This document shows, one piece after another, positions 18,480 to 31,400 of a DNA stretch of 64,000 bases (position 1 is its first letter; each line of letters begins with the position of its first letter). The notes under the pieces were generated by a model. The model was given only the letters and a program-made list of their open reading frames with translations, was not told the DNA's origin and made no database searches. The stretch is from positions 2,050,281-2,114,280 of the forward strand of contig CAJINV010000013.1 of NCBI GenBank assembly GCA_905178155.1, given 5' to 3'. The position numbers were made by a program, and so were the translations under genes. This DNA comes from Amoebophrya sp. A120. Its lineage: Eukaryota > Protista > Dinoflagellata.

Positions 18480-19790
18480 GCAATTCACTCCGCAAAATTG
18501 CCGGGAAAGGCGCAAAGCATGCCTTCCAGCGTTGGAGAAAGAACGGCACCGAGAGAGCACGGCTGAGACGCAACAGGATTTTGGATTGATTTTGGAAAAT
18601 TGGCCAGCACTTCACCCTGCGAAATTGCTGAAAAAACTTGAAAAATAAGCCTACCAGCATTGAGGACGGTACCCAGAGCGCAGCTGAGACGAAACAGGCT
18701 TTTGAGGCGATTTTAAAATAAAATGGGCCAGCCGTCCAATCTTCAAACCTTTCGAAAAAGTCGCAAAATAAGCCTGCCCGCGTTGGAGGACGGTACCCAG
18801 AACGCGGCTGAAACGAAACAGAGTTTCGGGTTTTAGAAAAATGGCCAGCGACATGAAAAAATGGCATCGCTCATGCTGTGTCGCTGTGCATCACACGCTA
18901 TTCTTGAAATAAATGCTGCTACAGAAAACTTTTGCAAGACACACTTCCACATTCGGGGCCGCTTTTCACTATGGTATCCTTGCCTCCAGCTTTTGTTCCA
19001 ATATGGACTTGAAAAAAAAACGCCAAATGGATCGCCCAACGCTGAGCTACCGCTTGGCTTCCATGCGGTACCCAGAGCGCGGCTGAGACGAAGTTGGATT
19101 TTGGGTCGATTTTTGAAAATTGGCCAGCGTCCGACACTAAAAAATTGCCGAAAAAGTCGGAAAATATGCCTGCACGCGTTTGAGGACGGTACCCAGGGCG
19201 CGGCTGAGACGAAACAAGATTTTGGGGCGAATGATTTTTGGAAAATTGGCCAGAACTCGCCAAATGGATCGCCCAACACTGAGCTACCGCTTGGCTTCCA
19301 TGCGAGCGGTACCCAGAGCGCGGCTGAGACGAAGTTGGATTTTGGGTCGATCTCGATTTCTGAAAATTGGCCAGCGTTCCACATTAAAAAATTGCCGAAA
19401 AAGCCGAAAAATATGCCTGCCCGCGTTTGAGGACGTTACCCAGGGCGCGGCTGAGACGAAACAAGATTTTGGGGCGAATGATTTTGGAAAATTGGCCAGA
19501 ACTCGCCAAATGGATCGCCCAACGCTGAGCTACCGCTTGGCTTCCATGCGGTACCCAGAGCGCGGCTGAGACGAAGTTGGATTTTGGGTCGATTTTCGAA
19601 AATTGGCCTGCGTTCCACACTAAGAAATTGCCGAAAAAGTCGAAAAATATGCCTGGCCGCGTTTGAGGACGGTACCCAGGGCGCGGCTGAGACGAAACAA
19701 GGTTTTGGGGCGAACGATTTTGGAAAATTGGCCAGAACTTTACAGTCGAAAATTGCCGGAAAAAGCCGAAAAATAAGCCTCAAAGATATC
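18480..19790. repeat. Intergenic satellite, ~120-bp monomers arranged as A/B dimers
   Basis: ggtacccag(a/g)gcgcggctgagacgaa...gatttt(g)gaaaattggccag recurs about every 120 bp (gctgagacg at ~19082, 19203, 19323, 19450, 19565, 19686); interrupted at ~18860-19020. Confidence 0.93.
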
Positions 19791-22770
19791 GGCCCACGTG
19801 ACGCCGTCACACGCTAGCCGGGCTCAGCGCAGCAGTCAGGCAATGCTATCCACCACGTCGACGACGGTTTCCGTTTGTCAGAAGTTCACAGAGGAGATAG
19901 AGGACGGCACTATCGGCCCTGCAATGTAGAACTTTATCAGAAATTGCGGCTTTCTCGGAACTGAAGTACATCGATTCTTCGACTAGTGTCGGAACACCAG
20001 TGACCAGGCCACTAATGAGGAGCCCCGCGCAAGACATCTCAAGTCCAAGACCTATCTTTATGAAAAGCACAAGGAGGACGGCGCAGTAGAACAAAATCGA
20101 TTTTCTTTTTCTCTTCAAACCATCGACCCAAAGCGAAAGCCTGTTCTGCTGGTCCTACTTTGACTCTGTGCGAGTGCACCGCCTCATTTTTCCCACAGCA
20201 CGCAATGATACTGCAGCTGCGAGTGGGGGTACATACTTTGTCTCGTAGAGCTAGAGATAAAGTCCAGGTGTTTTTTCCGGCGGCGTGATTTACTTACCAG
20301 TTTGAAGCTGAGCTTCTTCTACTTTCGGCCGCTGCATGTAGAAGTACTTGCAAGAAGATCGACATCACGTAGGTCCTTGTATCGATAGTCTTTTCTTTGC
20401 TCGCTACTTAAACAACACTTCTGTAGATGCAGCAACATTCAAAGCTGCTGTGTCTTTCGAGTTAGTAGTAAGTACCCTTCCGAACGAATAAAGGCTGTTG
20501 TTGTTTTGTAGTGTAATACGTACTATTTTCGCTTGTGAGTTCGTTGTGAAGTAATCAGGAGAGGTCAGGTGTACGACGACGAACTACCTAGAGTTGTTGA
20601 GTGATTTTAAATTCAGAGTTATTCAGTCCAGCGGCTGTGCTTATTTCCAAAAAAAGTCACGACCTTTGTACTGATCAGCTATCGATTGATGGAGAGTCGA
20701 TAGATCCGATGAGCGTAGCAGCCACATGCTATAGGAGGCCTGTAGAAGAACCACTAAAAGAATGTAAGTAGAGTGAAAAAAGAACCGAAGTTGAAGCTTG
20801 CACTGTACAACAGCCTGGGGGCTGTCCATGTCCATATGGACGAGCGGCAGGGGAATATTAGTAAGATGGCAAGGTTTATTCTAGCGATGACGTTTTTTCT
20901 GGTGTGCTACCTGCCGGGTTAAGTCGTCCTCTTCTACCGCTCCTCTGTTTATTCTATTATTACCGCTACTACTAGGAAATAATTAATTATTCTCTGGCTG
21001 CCACTCTTCCTGTCCCTGTTGATACTCAAACCGTGTAGCACTTGTTGGAACTTATCAACTTCTTCCGTCAACATTTCTTGCTCTTCATCTCCCTGGCTCG
21101 TGACTATCAGATTTGTTTATTGTTCCGCTTTGCCACTGCGATTCGGCAGGGGCCGCGGACGAAACGCTTCTCGTAGTTCTCGGGCGTACCAACTGCTATC
21201 TTTATTGCCCATATTTCAGCTCATCTTGCCGCGAACTACGTAAAGTACTTTTTTTCTTATTGCGGCAACTATTCTATAAAGTCAAAATGTATGCCGCTAC
21301 ATAAAAACATTTCCGAACTTTCTTGTAATTGCTGTGTCTAGTTCTCGCTTTTAAAAAATGGAAGGACGCGGGGAGAGGTGTGTAATATCTTCAGTACAGT
21401 TGTTTTACGGTGTCCAGCCGTACCTGACAGACAAAAACTCAAACTCCACAGGAACTGCCGACTCAATAAATTCATAATCTTCTCAAGCATGATTTGCTGC
21501 GTTCTGTTCCTGCCTGAATCACATCGTCAGGCCTCCACGGACCCTGCTTGTAGTACTGCGCGCTCGTCGTGGTCATGCGGATATTTAAAGCCTTCGCGGT
21601 TAATGTACGTCAACCTTAACTAAAGTAAGTTCCATACCATGCTGATGAGTGAGGCAAAAACATCGCACAGCAGGTCTATATTGAAAACTAAAATCCAAAA
21701 GGAGAAGGTCTATGGTGCGGTGACTCACACGTCTGTCTGCTTTCAAAAAAAAACCTCGCAGTCCCATACCAATAGTACTGAAGAATAAACACCAAGCTTG
21801 AAGATAATATGTTTGATGTCGACTAAGTTCCATAGAAAGAAGTGTACGTCCCGTCAGCCTCATAGCTCCTCGTTTGTGACCTCCTTCACCATAAAACGAG
21901 GTAGGGCAACCAACTCGTATCTCCCTCGACCCCCATAGAGTGGTCTCAGCCGCCAAGCTGAGCGAAAGACACGCATCGGCTTGGATCGGCTGAGACCACA
22001 TCGTGTTGAATATGAATACAGAAATAAAGAATTTGTTTCAAAGTGGGAGTTGTAAGTGTAAGTGTTGATGTAGTACTACGTATATTTTTGTACTCCAGGG
22101 CAACAACACATCGTGTTCGCGTGGACGATGATCTGAAAAAGGCACGGCCCTGCTACGCGACAAGCGCGGTCCCGGTCGCCTTACGATCTATGAAAGGCCG
22201 TGCGGTCCACGTCCTGCTGTATTTTCGATAGAACTGGTTCTCCTGCTGCCAGCCATTGGAGGGTGAATATACGAGTCCTCTCCCATTTGCTCCTTGCATA
22301 ATCCGTTAATAAACCATAAAAAAAATCTCGATGAAATCGTTTGTTAGTTGAATTGAATAGGTTAGTAAAAAGTGTTGTTGAAATTCCGTAAAACAAAAAG
22401 TGATACATTACTTTTCCGTACAAATTCCGTAAATGTCGTTTTTCTCAAGTGTGCCGGCGTGCTTTCTGATCGTGATCCCTTCAACAAAAGTTAAGCATAG
22501 AATCTTCTCAACAAGGGCTTAAGAACTGTGTGGCGACCACCTCCTTGCCAAAAAAAAGACTACAAGCACTGCATTCGTGGCACTCAATACAATCTTGGCA
22601 CTTCGGCTCGCGATTTGTCGTCCTCGGTAAAAATAATCATAAGTAACGGTAAAACACAAAAAAGTCATTTTCGTGTCAGCAAAAAGACGTCGTACTTTTT
22701 TTTCGTCTAATTTTCAACATGATTATATATAAGTACTTTTTTCATTACACGACGTTGTTCATATAGTTAC

Positions 22771-24530
22771 TTACTCCACTGAGTTCCAGAAGTCCAGCGT
22801 GGACGTTGTGAGGGCGTTGTCCCGTTCCTTGCTTCGTATCTCCTGTATCGCCAAGGAAAGAAAAATCTAGCTGTGCACACTTGCTTTTTATTACAAGCAT
22901 TCTGCTCCGGCTCCGTACCTTGTCTTTACAATGTCCTTTGCCGTTTCAGCAGCACCGGGACCGGCCGAGACTTGTTTATAGAAAAACCTCTCCATTCCCA
23001 GTTCTTCTTCACGACAGGAAAATGCAAAAAAAGCTGCAAGAAGGACGCACTCACATGCAAAAAATCTTAAAAATGCGTACTGACTGCGTACGAAAGCTGC
23101 TTCTGCAGAGATTTCATGATGACAAGGGCGCAGCTCGAATTTCTGAAGCGACGCTTATTTCCGTCTGATAGCCTGTGCTTCGTATTCCTGGGAGAGCGCC
23201 GCTATGTCCACGTTTGCCATGTCGATTATCTCCGCTTCTGTAGATCAATTTCAATTTTAGTTTGTGACCAACATAACGGCGGATTCTTCTTCTTGCAGTT
23301 ACAACAGGGATCGGATTGGACCATAGCATACCACCAGAGGACCCAGAGTAGTTCATTTTATGCTCACTTTCTCCTCGTCGATTAAGTTTGAATAGTGCTA
23401 AAGCAATGGCTCATCTTGTTTTTCACAACTTTGTACAAAATCTACCGTCCGGCTCGGCCATCGGGTCTACTCCCATCTCCTCTTCCTCGGTGTATTGCTC
23501 TTCGTAGTCGTTATTGTAATAACTTCTCTGCTATCAAATGCAAAAGTGTCTGGGTCTGGAAGAATGCCCGATTTGTCATGCATTTTTCGCATGAGGCCTG
23601 ATGCCTGTAATGCATGTTCTAGCAACACAGATTTTTAGAGGGCTTCCTAATGCCTGTTCCGCATGAGAAATGCCCTCTCCGCGTAACACAAACTGGAGTC
23701 CTGTTGCTGGTCATGCAATACAGATTTTCATTTTTTTGGAATCCAAAGACAGCATTACAAGTTGCAATCTTCCAGACCCAGACATTTTTGCAATCCATAT
23801 CTGCTGCTTCCCGCCCTTGCCGCCACCGCTTTCTGATTTAAGACGAGAAATGGAACAGATTTTTGCTCAAAGTAGTTTGTGATACAATTACAAATGCACG
23901 GTGATTTTGTTTTTGATCCCGAAATATTATACCCGACTTTTTTCATTCTGAACCTTCAATCTAAAACGCAAGCAATACTTCCTTTCCCCTTCCCTCCTTT
24001 GCCGCCGCCTTTGTTGTTGCCTTTTGACTGCTTCCCGCCCTTGCCGCCCCCGCCCTTGCCACCTCCTGATTTCCCGCCTGATTATATTGGTAGAGATACA
24101 TCAGCTTTACATTTTGAAACAAACTAAAAGTAAAACTAAATGTCGCCAAAACCGGCATGACTTCCCGGCGGAAGTCTTGTTCTTTGCAAAGGCAAAGAAA
24201 TCCTTGTACTAGTTGGTCACAACTATTGCCAGCAAAAGGAAAATCTTAGTAAGCTCTAACCTTGCTCTCCTGCCTCCACGACGTCAAAAAGTTTTAGTGC
24301 TAACTGTGGATGAAAAATCGCTTACAACTGAAAAAACATTCCATACCGAAATCATTTTTGCCTCCTTTTCCGCCACCGCCGCCGCCCTTGTTATTTTGCT
24401 TTCCCATCGACTGTGACTTGCCGCCTTGACTGTTGCCATACTTGCCGCTGTTGCCCTTGCCGCCGCCACCCATGTTCATCTTCATCTTTCCCTGGTCGTG
24501 GTAACCGCCGCCATAGTCCTGGTACACCAT
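22771..24530 (-). CDS. Multi-exon protein with Gly/Lys-rich (GGKG) N-terminus; 3' end not determined
   Basis: MVYQDYGGGY...GGGGKGNSGKYG exon, SGGKSGGGKGGGGKGGKQSKG exon at ~23980-24080, GGKQQ|RSYYNNDYEEQY junction across the 23532 element, GTAAGT donor near 22774. Confidence 0.6.
23532..23799. mobile_element. Introner element, family A
   Basis: TIR tatcaaatgcaaaagtgtctgggtctggaaga / tcttccagacccagacatttttgcaatccata; TSD tctgc on both sides. Confidence 0.95.
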
Positions 24531-26487
24531 CTTGTCGCTACTTGCTGTTTCGACGAGGATTCCAGCACTGGATATGCTAGGTTTTTAGCAGCTCCTGCTC
24601 ACGGGTGTGTATTAACAGTACGCCTTCTATGACGGCTTTTGCTCGAAAGCCAAAGGCCGCAGCGCAGAGCTCCTATCGACGACCCAGGACAACTACACGT
24701 AGGATATGGCGCAACAGGTCCGCTCTCTATTTTTGCCTTGGTCCTCGTGCCCAGAACTGTCTTCCGAAGGGAGACTGCTTGTTTCCGTGTGGTACCACCT
24801 GAAAATTCGTGAAAAAGCTTGTTTGTCCAACAAAAAATGCTTATGTATAAGAGAAGTATGATTCCGTCTAAAAGCGGTTTGGATGTGCTGCTCCTAACTT
24901 GACTTATATCGAGCATCTCACATCCTCGCAATCTGAACGACGTGCCAGTACTCGATTTCGATTTTCGGAGAACACATTTTCTCAGTGTCTTAAGTTCTTC
25001 CCGTTAAAAACAACAAAAAATAGAGTACGCCCCTAGAAGTACCTGGTCCTATGATTCCTGGGTTGAATCAGTAACACGCTCGGCCCTGGCGCTCTTGAGT
25101 GTTAAAGTTGAAAACAATCCACCAAGACAGTCAGAAGATTGATCCTCTCGACCACGAACAGCTGCGGCGTCCGAGCGCTGCAACTAGGAAGGGAAGGTCG
25201 GGAGTGCAAATCGTCCTCTCCACGACAAATAAGTCGACCCGCCTGAAGATCAGGAGTTCTTGATTGTTCCCGCGCACGTTGCGAAGTTTGGTCCTCGTCT
25301 CGGTCTTGCTCGCTGATGGACCGGTGTGGTCGTGATGTTGTGCTTTGCTGACTGCTTGGCGGAGCGACTTCTTAACTCTGCTTCAAGAAAAACCGCCCAA
25401 ATGATTGGCGAGATGGAGGGGTGGTCAGTTGCGCCGTGCGACGTCTCGTCTCCGTGATTCTGATTCTTGCGGATGCCGAAATTACAAAAGCAGCAGCTGC
25501 AAGAATTATACGCAGTCTGAAGAGTTGATGTCTGTTGCTGAACAAACTTTAATCTTCCGTATGGTCAGCCTGAACTTGGTGTGCTTTTCGCAGAACTACT
25601 AGTACTACAACAGAAGAACCTTGTCCACCACCCTAAAGAACTCGACTGGCTTTTCAATTCATAATATTGTGTCCTCTCGGAAATGAGATGAACAACACTT
25701 CCGAAGATACAAGATAGAAGGAGGAATTTACTCCAATCCGGAGCGGTGGAAACGAACGGCACAAAAGTGTTCCAAAAACGCAGGATCTTCTCGTGGCTAG
25801 TAAATGCTTTCTATCTTTCTGGTGTCCCGCCTTGGACCAGTAGTTCTTGTGATGGCTTTGGCTATTGTCTAAAGTATACGTTTTGTTCTAGAAAAAGCAC
25901 TACTTCTGCGCCCAACAACTACAGATTATTTCGAAGTACAACAGCTGCACGGTGCTTGTTCGTTCCTGAATGTTTGTCGTGTTAGTTGGTGTTGATGATG
26001 TTCCGCATAAAACAATCTTCGAAAAGCACAAGCATGTCCCTACGTCGTACAACATATGAATCGGCGCCATAACAATAAACGCCTCTACTTTAGTGTGATG
26101 CATACTTGCATTTACGTACCAGGCGTGGTGCTACGTGTCATGCTAGATGAACTAGAAGTATGTTTCTGTGGAATCCTCTATCGATTACTTACTTATGTGA
26201 GAGCCAGCACTTGTTGTACTTGTTTCATCCTACTACTTGTGCACCGGTTCATCTTCTTTCTAGATACTTACTTACGCTGTATTGCGCACCACCAATTGGA
26301 GCCGCTTTTTGGATAATGAGATCGAGCGGCGCCTTGCCAATAAAAGTAGCTATTACAGTTTACAGTTTACAGTGTTCGCGTTTAGTACGCGAGACTTCTA
26401 CTCAAAATGAGGAGTCTATTTGAGGAACTTCACCGTGAAGAACCTCTTGATTTCAATTTCAGAACAAATTCTTTCCTTTCTTCGACT

Positions 26488-27192
26488 TCATTGTGCGAGA
26501 CCCCCGAGCGGCGGGGCGGGGGCCTCAGCTCGCTGCGCGCGTTGCGCCCGGATGGCGTCGACCCGCTCGCGATAGTTCGCAAGCACGTCCTTGCGGGCTT
26601 GCTGTGCGGCCTCCAGCGCCTCCTCGGCCGTTGCGGACAATTCCGGGTCGACCACTTTGCTCAGTGGGTAGGTCTCCCCGTCGTCGTCCATCTTCACTCG
26701 GACCGTCACTAACAGCTTCTGCGTTTTCTTGTTGTAAGTGACCCCCGCCGGGAGGGACTTGCTTGCCCCCCGCAGCTCGAGCGCCTGCTTGACCCGCGGC
26801 GGGGTGTCATTGTGCTTGCGCTTTGGCAGCGGTCTTTGTGGCTGCGGTGGCGGGGGCGGGGGTGCAAACGCCGCCGCAAACTTTTCCTCTGTGGCCTGCT
26901 GCTGGTTGACTCGCATGTGGATGAACGCGAGGCGGAGTGAGCCAAGCTTCTTCGGCCTAAGCGAGTTTGTTCGGAGACAGGGGATGCACGCACACCTGAT
27001 CTCGCGGATCCGCCAGCTGCGGGGGCGGGGCAACGTGGAGTCCGCGTACAGCTCGGGCAGGTTCGGAAGGTCCGGCGTGATGTCGAAGTCCGACCAGCTG
27101 CAGACCTCTCGTGACTTCAGTCCGACCAGATGCTACAAGTGAGATCTTCAAGGACTACTTACACAGAGCTGCGCTGCGCGCCAGGGCGTCAT
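26488..27192 (-). CDS. GC-rich gene with a putative AP2-like DNA-binding domain
   Basis: LPAGVTYNKKTQKLLVTVRVK...AEEALEAAQQARK fits the AP2 pattern GVxYxK + beta strands + EEA..AA..R helix (by eye). Frame is open from 27132; possible 30-nt GT-AG intron at 27133-27162 and ATG at 27192. Confidence 0.45.
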
Positions 27193-28441
27193 CCACAGCT
27201 CCGGTTAAATAAAATGGAGTTGTAGTACCTCCGTACTCCTTTCATTGCTGCTTTATCAGTGATTCAGCCATCTGCGGGAGCAGTCGCGGAGGAGAGGACG
27301 AGAACTTTTTCTTTACACTTATATATTTGTCACGTTCTTGCAATGTTGCGAGAGATCTTTCGCTTCTGACTGGAAACAGTAACAGGAACCACAACTACAT
27401 TGATTCATTAATCTATCGCCGGCGAGGACGAGAACACAAGCCAATGGCGTGGACGCGCAGCACCGTAGTTTTCATCTGGCTACGTGCAGTCAGTCTACTC
27501 GGTCGCTAGTTGTGCCAGTGGTTGATGTTTGCTGATATTGTCATGAACATGAAGACCGGTGGTCACTACAGAAGCAAGTCTTCCATTACCAATGTTTCTG
27601 AGCATTTTTTCATACAAGTGAAGCTTCGAAAATATTAAAGGTGATTTGTTCGAGACCACGCTCTCAACATCACCACAAGTCGCTTTGGTACAAGGAAAAA
27701 CACCGAAACTCAAATTCTACAGGGACAATACTGTTGATGAAAAGGTTTTTCTTTTGGAGCCAAAGATAAACAGAGAAAAATCTAGCGATACGGTACGAAT
27801 GAGATATTAGCATGATTGATGCATCAACGCAAACAATGGTATAAAATTCAGGTGGCTACTTATCAATCTTTCGTGGGCACCAGTGCAGCTGCACTTCGTC
27901 AACCCAATCTCAAAAAGCACATTGGATTTGGATGTTGAAACAAAATTAAGTATAAAACATCACGCGCGCGGGCACGTCTTAGCTGCATTAGCATTTTCAA
28001 ACAATTTTCTCGTCGACATGTCGGCATCATTATCAAATGCCTCTAACTTTTTCGGCGAGTTTTATTGATTTGGTTAGTTTACTACTTCTTCTATCCTTGT
28101 TGCCTTTGGTTACAGTTATCCGAGCTGTTACCGTTCTCTTTCTGCTCGAGAAAATATATGATGCACAGGCATTCAACTATACTTCCATGTGATGACGCAA
28201 ACGTCTCGTGCTCGTCTCTGACGTGCAGTAAAGTAAATTTCGGTCACCACTAATACTTTTTTTGCGTGCCATCTAGGGCACGGCCCAGCTCTTGTGGAGA
28301 TGATGGTAAAATAATTTTGCCTTCTACCAGTTGTTTCATTTTCACAACGTGCCTCGCATGGCTTGTTCTATGCGTGTCATTCATTTTGGATTCCGCAATA
28401 AACGCTATCGTTACCTAAGCCGTACAACACCTTCTCTCCTC

Positions 28442-31400
28442 TCAACACGCATCCACAAAATCGCTAAAGGAGACCCGGCCCAGACGCGTGATCTCGTGGA
28501 GTGCCAGCTTGAAGAATTCGTAAGTGAGCCCCTCGCGAATGCTCACCCCGTGGCTCGCGTACCGCCTATGCACTGCAAAAGCATCGCACTCGTAATTTGA
28601 TTTTATACAGATTGCAATTGTTGTGCGACGGAAATGATCCATCATCATCATCATCATGATCATCATCATCACGTAGTAGACACCCGCCCCCACTTCAATT
28701 TGCATGACAAACTCCTCTATTTTTCAGAAAAAGACTGTCACGCAAGTGATACTAAGTACTGAAACCAGCACGACTGTTTTGATGCAATGCGTAGGTCCAC
28801 TGTTGCTGCAGCACCATCTGCTGGTCAAAAATTTTGATAAGCTGCTGCTCCGTGAGATCGCAGACATCCAGCTCGTTCAAGAAAGTTGGGAAAATTCTCC
28901 GAACCATGATCGATTCGTACATCCCATTCTGCTTCCCCGCGGTGGTTTTCTGGCCTTGACAGGCCGCAATAAAGACCTTCTGGAGAATGCCGTCGGTCAC
29001 TTCCTGTTTTCGAAGTTTCATACAAAAATAAAAAGAAAATTTCGGGCTTCGTATACATAGTCTTTCTGCTGCTCCGCAAGAGCCCGTAGTAAGGAGCGTG
29101 ATCAAAATTATTGATTCAATCGGTGAAGTGTGAGAACATCAGGGGAGGCTCCCTTCTTCATCATAGGAAATAAGACATCGCATAAAAGTACTTCTTATTT
29201 TCAAGAACCAAAAACAAAATTCTTACCTCCGCAGTCGGGCCTTCGTTTGGCGCGAATCCGTTCAGGCCATTGCTGTTTCCATACTGGCCATTTCTACCAT
29301 GCCGACCGGTCGCTCCATTCTCGCCACCGAAGCCCCAACCGAGGCGGTCGAAGTCTTTCCTTTGTCATGCGGAAAGGCGCGCCCTTTACGCCGGTTTGCG
29401 CAGCCATAATCAATCGAATCCGTGGTACTTAGCAAAGAATAAGAAATGCATCACGATTCTTCGGATAGTAAGCATAAAAGGATAAAAGCGCGACGAGGTA
29501 GTGCTTTTTAAGTAAGTACTTCCTCCAAGGTGATGTTAGAGAGATGCCAGTGTCTTGCTTTCGAACCCAACAAACACACATGCAAGAGCAAAAATGTTAG
29601 ACATGCAAATCACAGTTCTTGGCAGAGAAATTTGATGAAAGGCGTGACCAATAGTCTTTTCCGCGCAAGCCGTTTGGTGCCTTGAATTCGCTTCGATATG
29701 CCGAAACGGTTCCGGAATTCCTCATCGGACAAAGTTTCGCCCGTGTTATCAACTGTAAAAGTGTCTGGGTCTGGAAGATTGCCAGGTTTGTCATGCACAT
29801 TTTGCATGACTCCTGATGTCTGTGATGCATGTCCTAGCATCACAGATTTTGTGAGGCTTTCCTGATGCCTATACCGCATAACAAATGCTCTTTCCGTGTA
29901 GCAAAACTTGGACTCTCTTTGCTGCTCATGCAATACAGATTTTTTTAGAATCCAAAATCAGCATGACAAGTTGGATTCTTCCAGACCCAGACATTTTTGC
30001 ATTTGATACGTGTCTCGGTTCACCCAATTCCCATTTTCGTCCAGATACCACTATCAGGCACAAAAAAGCAGGCAGGTCACATCTGTATTGCAAAAATAAA
30101 TACTAAAAAACCTGCATATCCATAACAGCGTGCTATGGCTGTGTATCTATTTTTGCATTATGCCCTGCCTGCTTTTTTCTCTGGGATAACCACCCGTCGG
30201 GAACCGCGTTTTCGTTCTCCATTTTTTCCAGAAATCTGCGCCTCTATTACAATGAAAAATGCCCCCACCCCAGAAGCATTGCAAACCCTTCCAATGAAAA
30301 CACTCGCCCGCTTGCATGTATTAACATCACAGATTTGGAATCGTGAATAGCGAAAATTTGTATCGCAAAAGATCCCTGCAGGAGCGGCGATCGTCATGCA
30401 AGCGATGCTCCTGTATACGACCACTAGACTCTGCATCCGGAGTGCCCAATTGTAAAACGCATGAAAAAAATGAAAAGTCCCTGTTTCGACGGCTGAGGGC
30501 CGGCAGGTAGTGGGCGCAGGCGTTTGAAACGAAAAAAAAAATCCGCCTGTTTTGAAAATAGATAGCCACCGTCCTGTTGTTGCAAAACGCATGAAAAGAA
30601 TGAAAGGTCCCTGCTTTCACGGCTGAGAACTGGCAGGTAGTGGGCGCAGGCGTTCGAGACGAAAAAAAAAAATCAGCCGATTTTGAAAAAATGGCCAGCG
30701 TCCTGTTCTTGTAAAACGCATGAAAAAAATGAAAAATCCCTGCTTTGACGGCTGAGGACCGGCAGGTAGTGGGCGCAGGCCGCTGAGACGAAAAAAACAA
30801 CTTACCCGATTTTGAAAAAATGGCCAGCGTCCTGTTCTTGTAAAAATCCCTGCTTTCACGGCTGAGGACCGGCAGGTAGTGGGCGCAGGCCGCTGAGACG
30901 AAAAAAACAACTTACCCGATTTTGAAAAAATGGCCAGCGTCCTGTTCTTTTAAAACGCATGAAAAAAATGAAAAATCCCTGCTTTCACGGCTGAGGACCG
31001 GCAGGTAGTGGGCGCAGGCCGCTGAGACGAAAAAACCAACTTACCCGATTTTGAAAAAATGGCCAGCGTCCTTTTCTTGTAAAACGCATGAAAAAAATGA
31101 AAAATCCCTGCTTTCACGGCTGAGGACCGGCAGGTAGTGGGCGCAGGCCGCTGAGACGAAAAAAAAAACTTACCCGATTTTGAAAAAATAGCCAGCGTCC
31201 TGTTGTTGCAAAACGCATGAAAAAAATGAAAAGTCCCTGCTTTCACGGCTGAGGACCGGCAGGTAGTGGGCGCAGGCGGCTGAGACGAAAGAAAGAACTT
31301 AGCCGATTTTGAAAAAATGGCCAGCGTAATGTTCTTGCAAAACGCATGAAAAAAATGAAAAATACCTGCTTTCACGGCTGACGGCCGGCAGGTAGTGGGC

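Noticed and set aside
18421-19817. Overlapping ORFs on both strands
   Set aside because: All are translations of the ~120-bp satellite.
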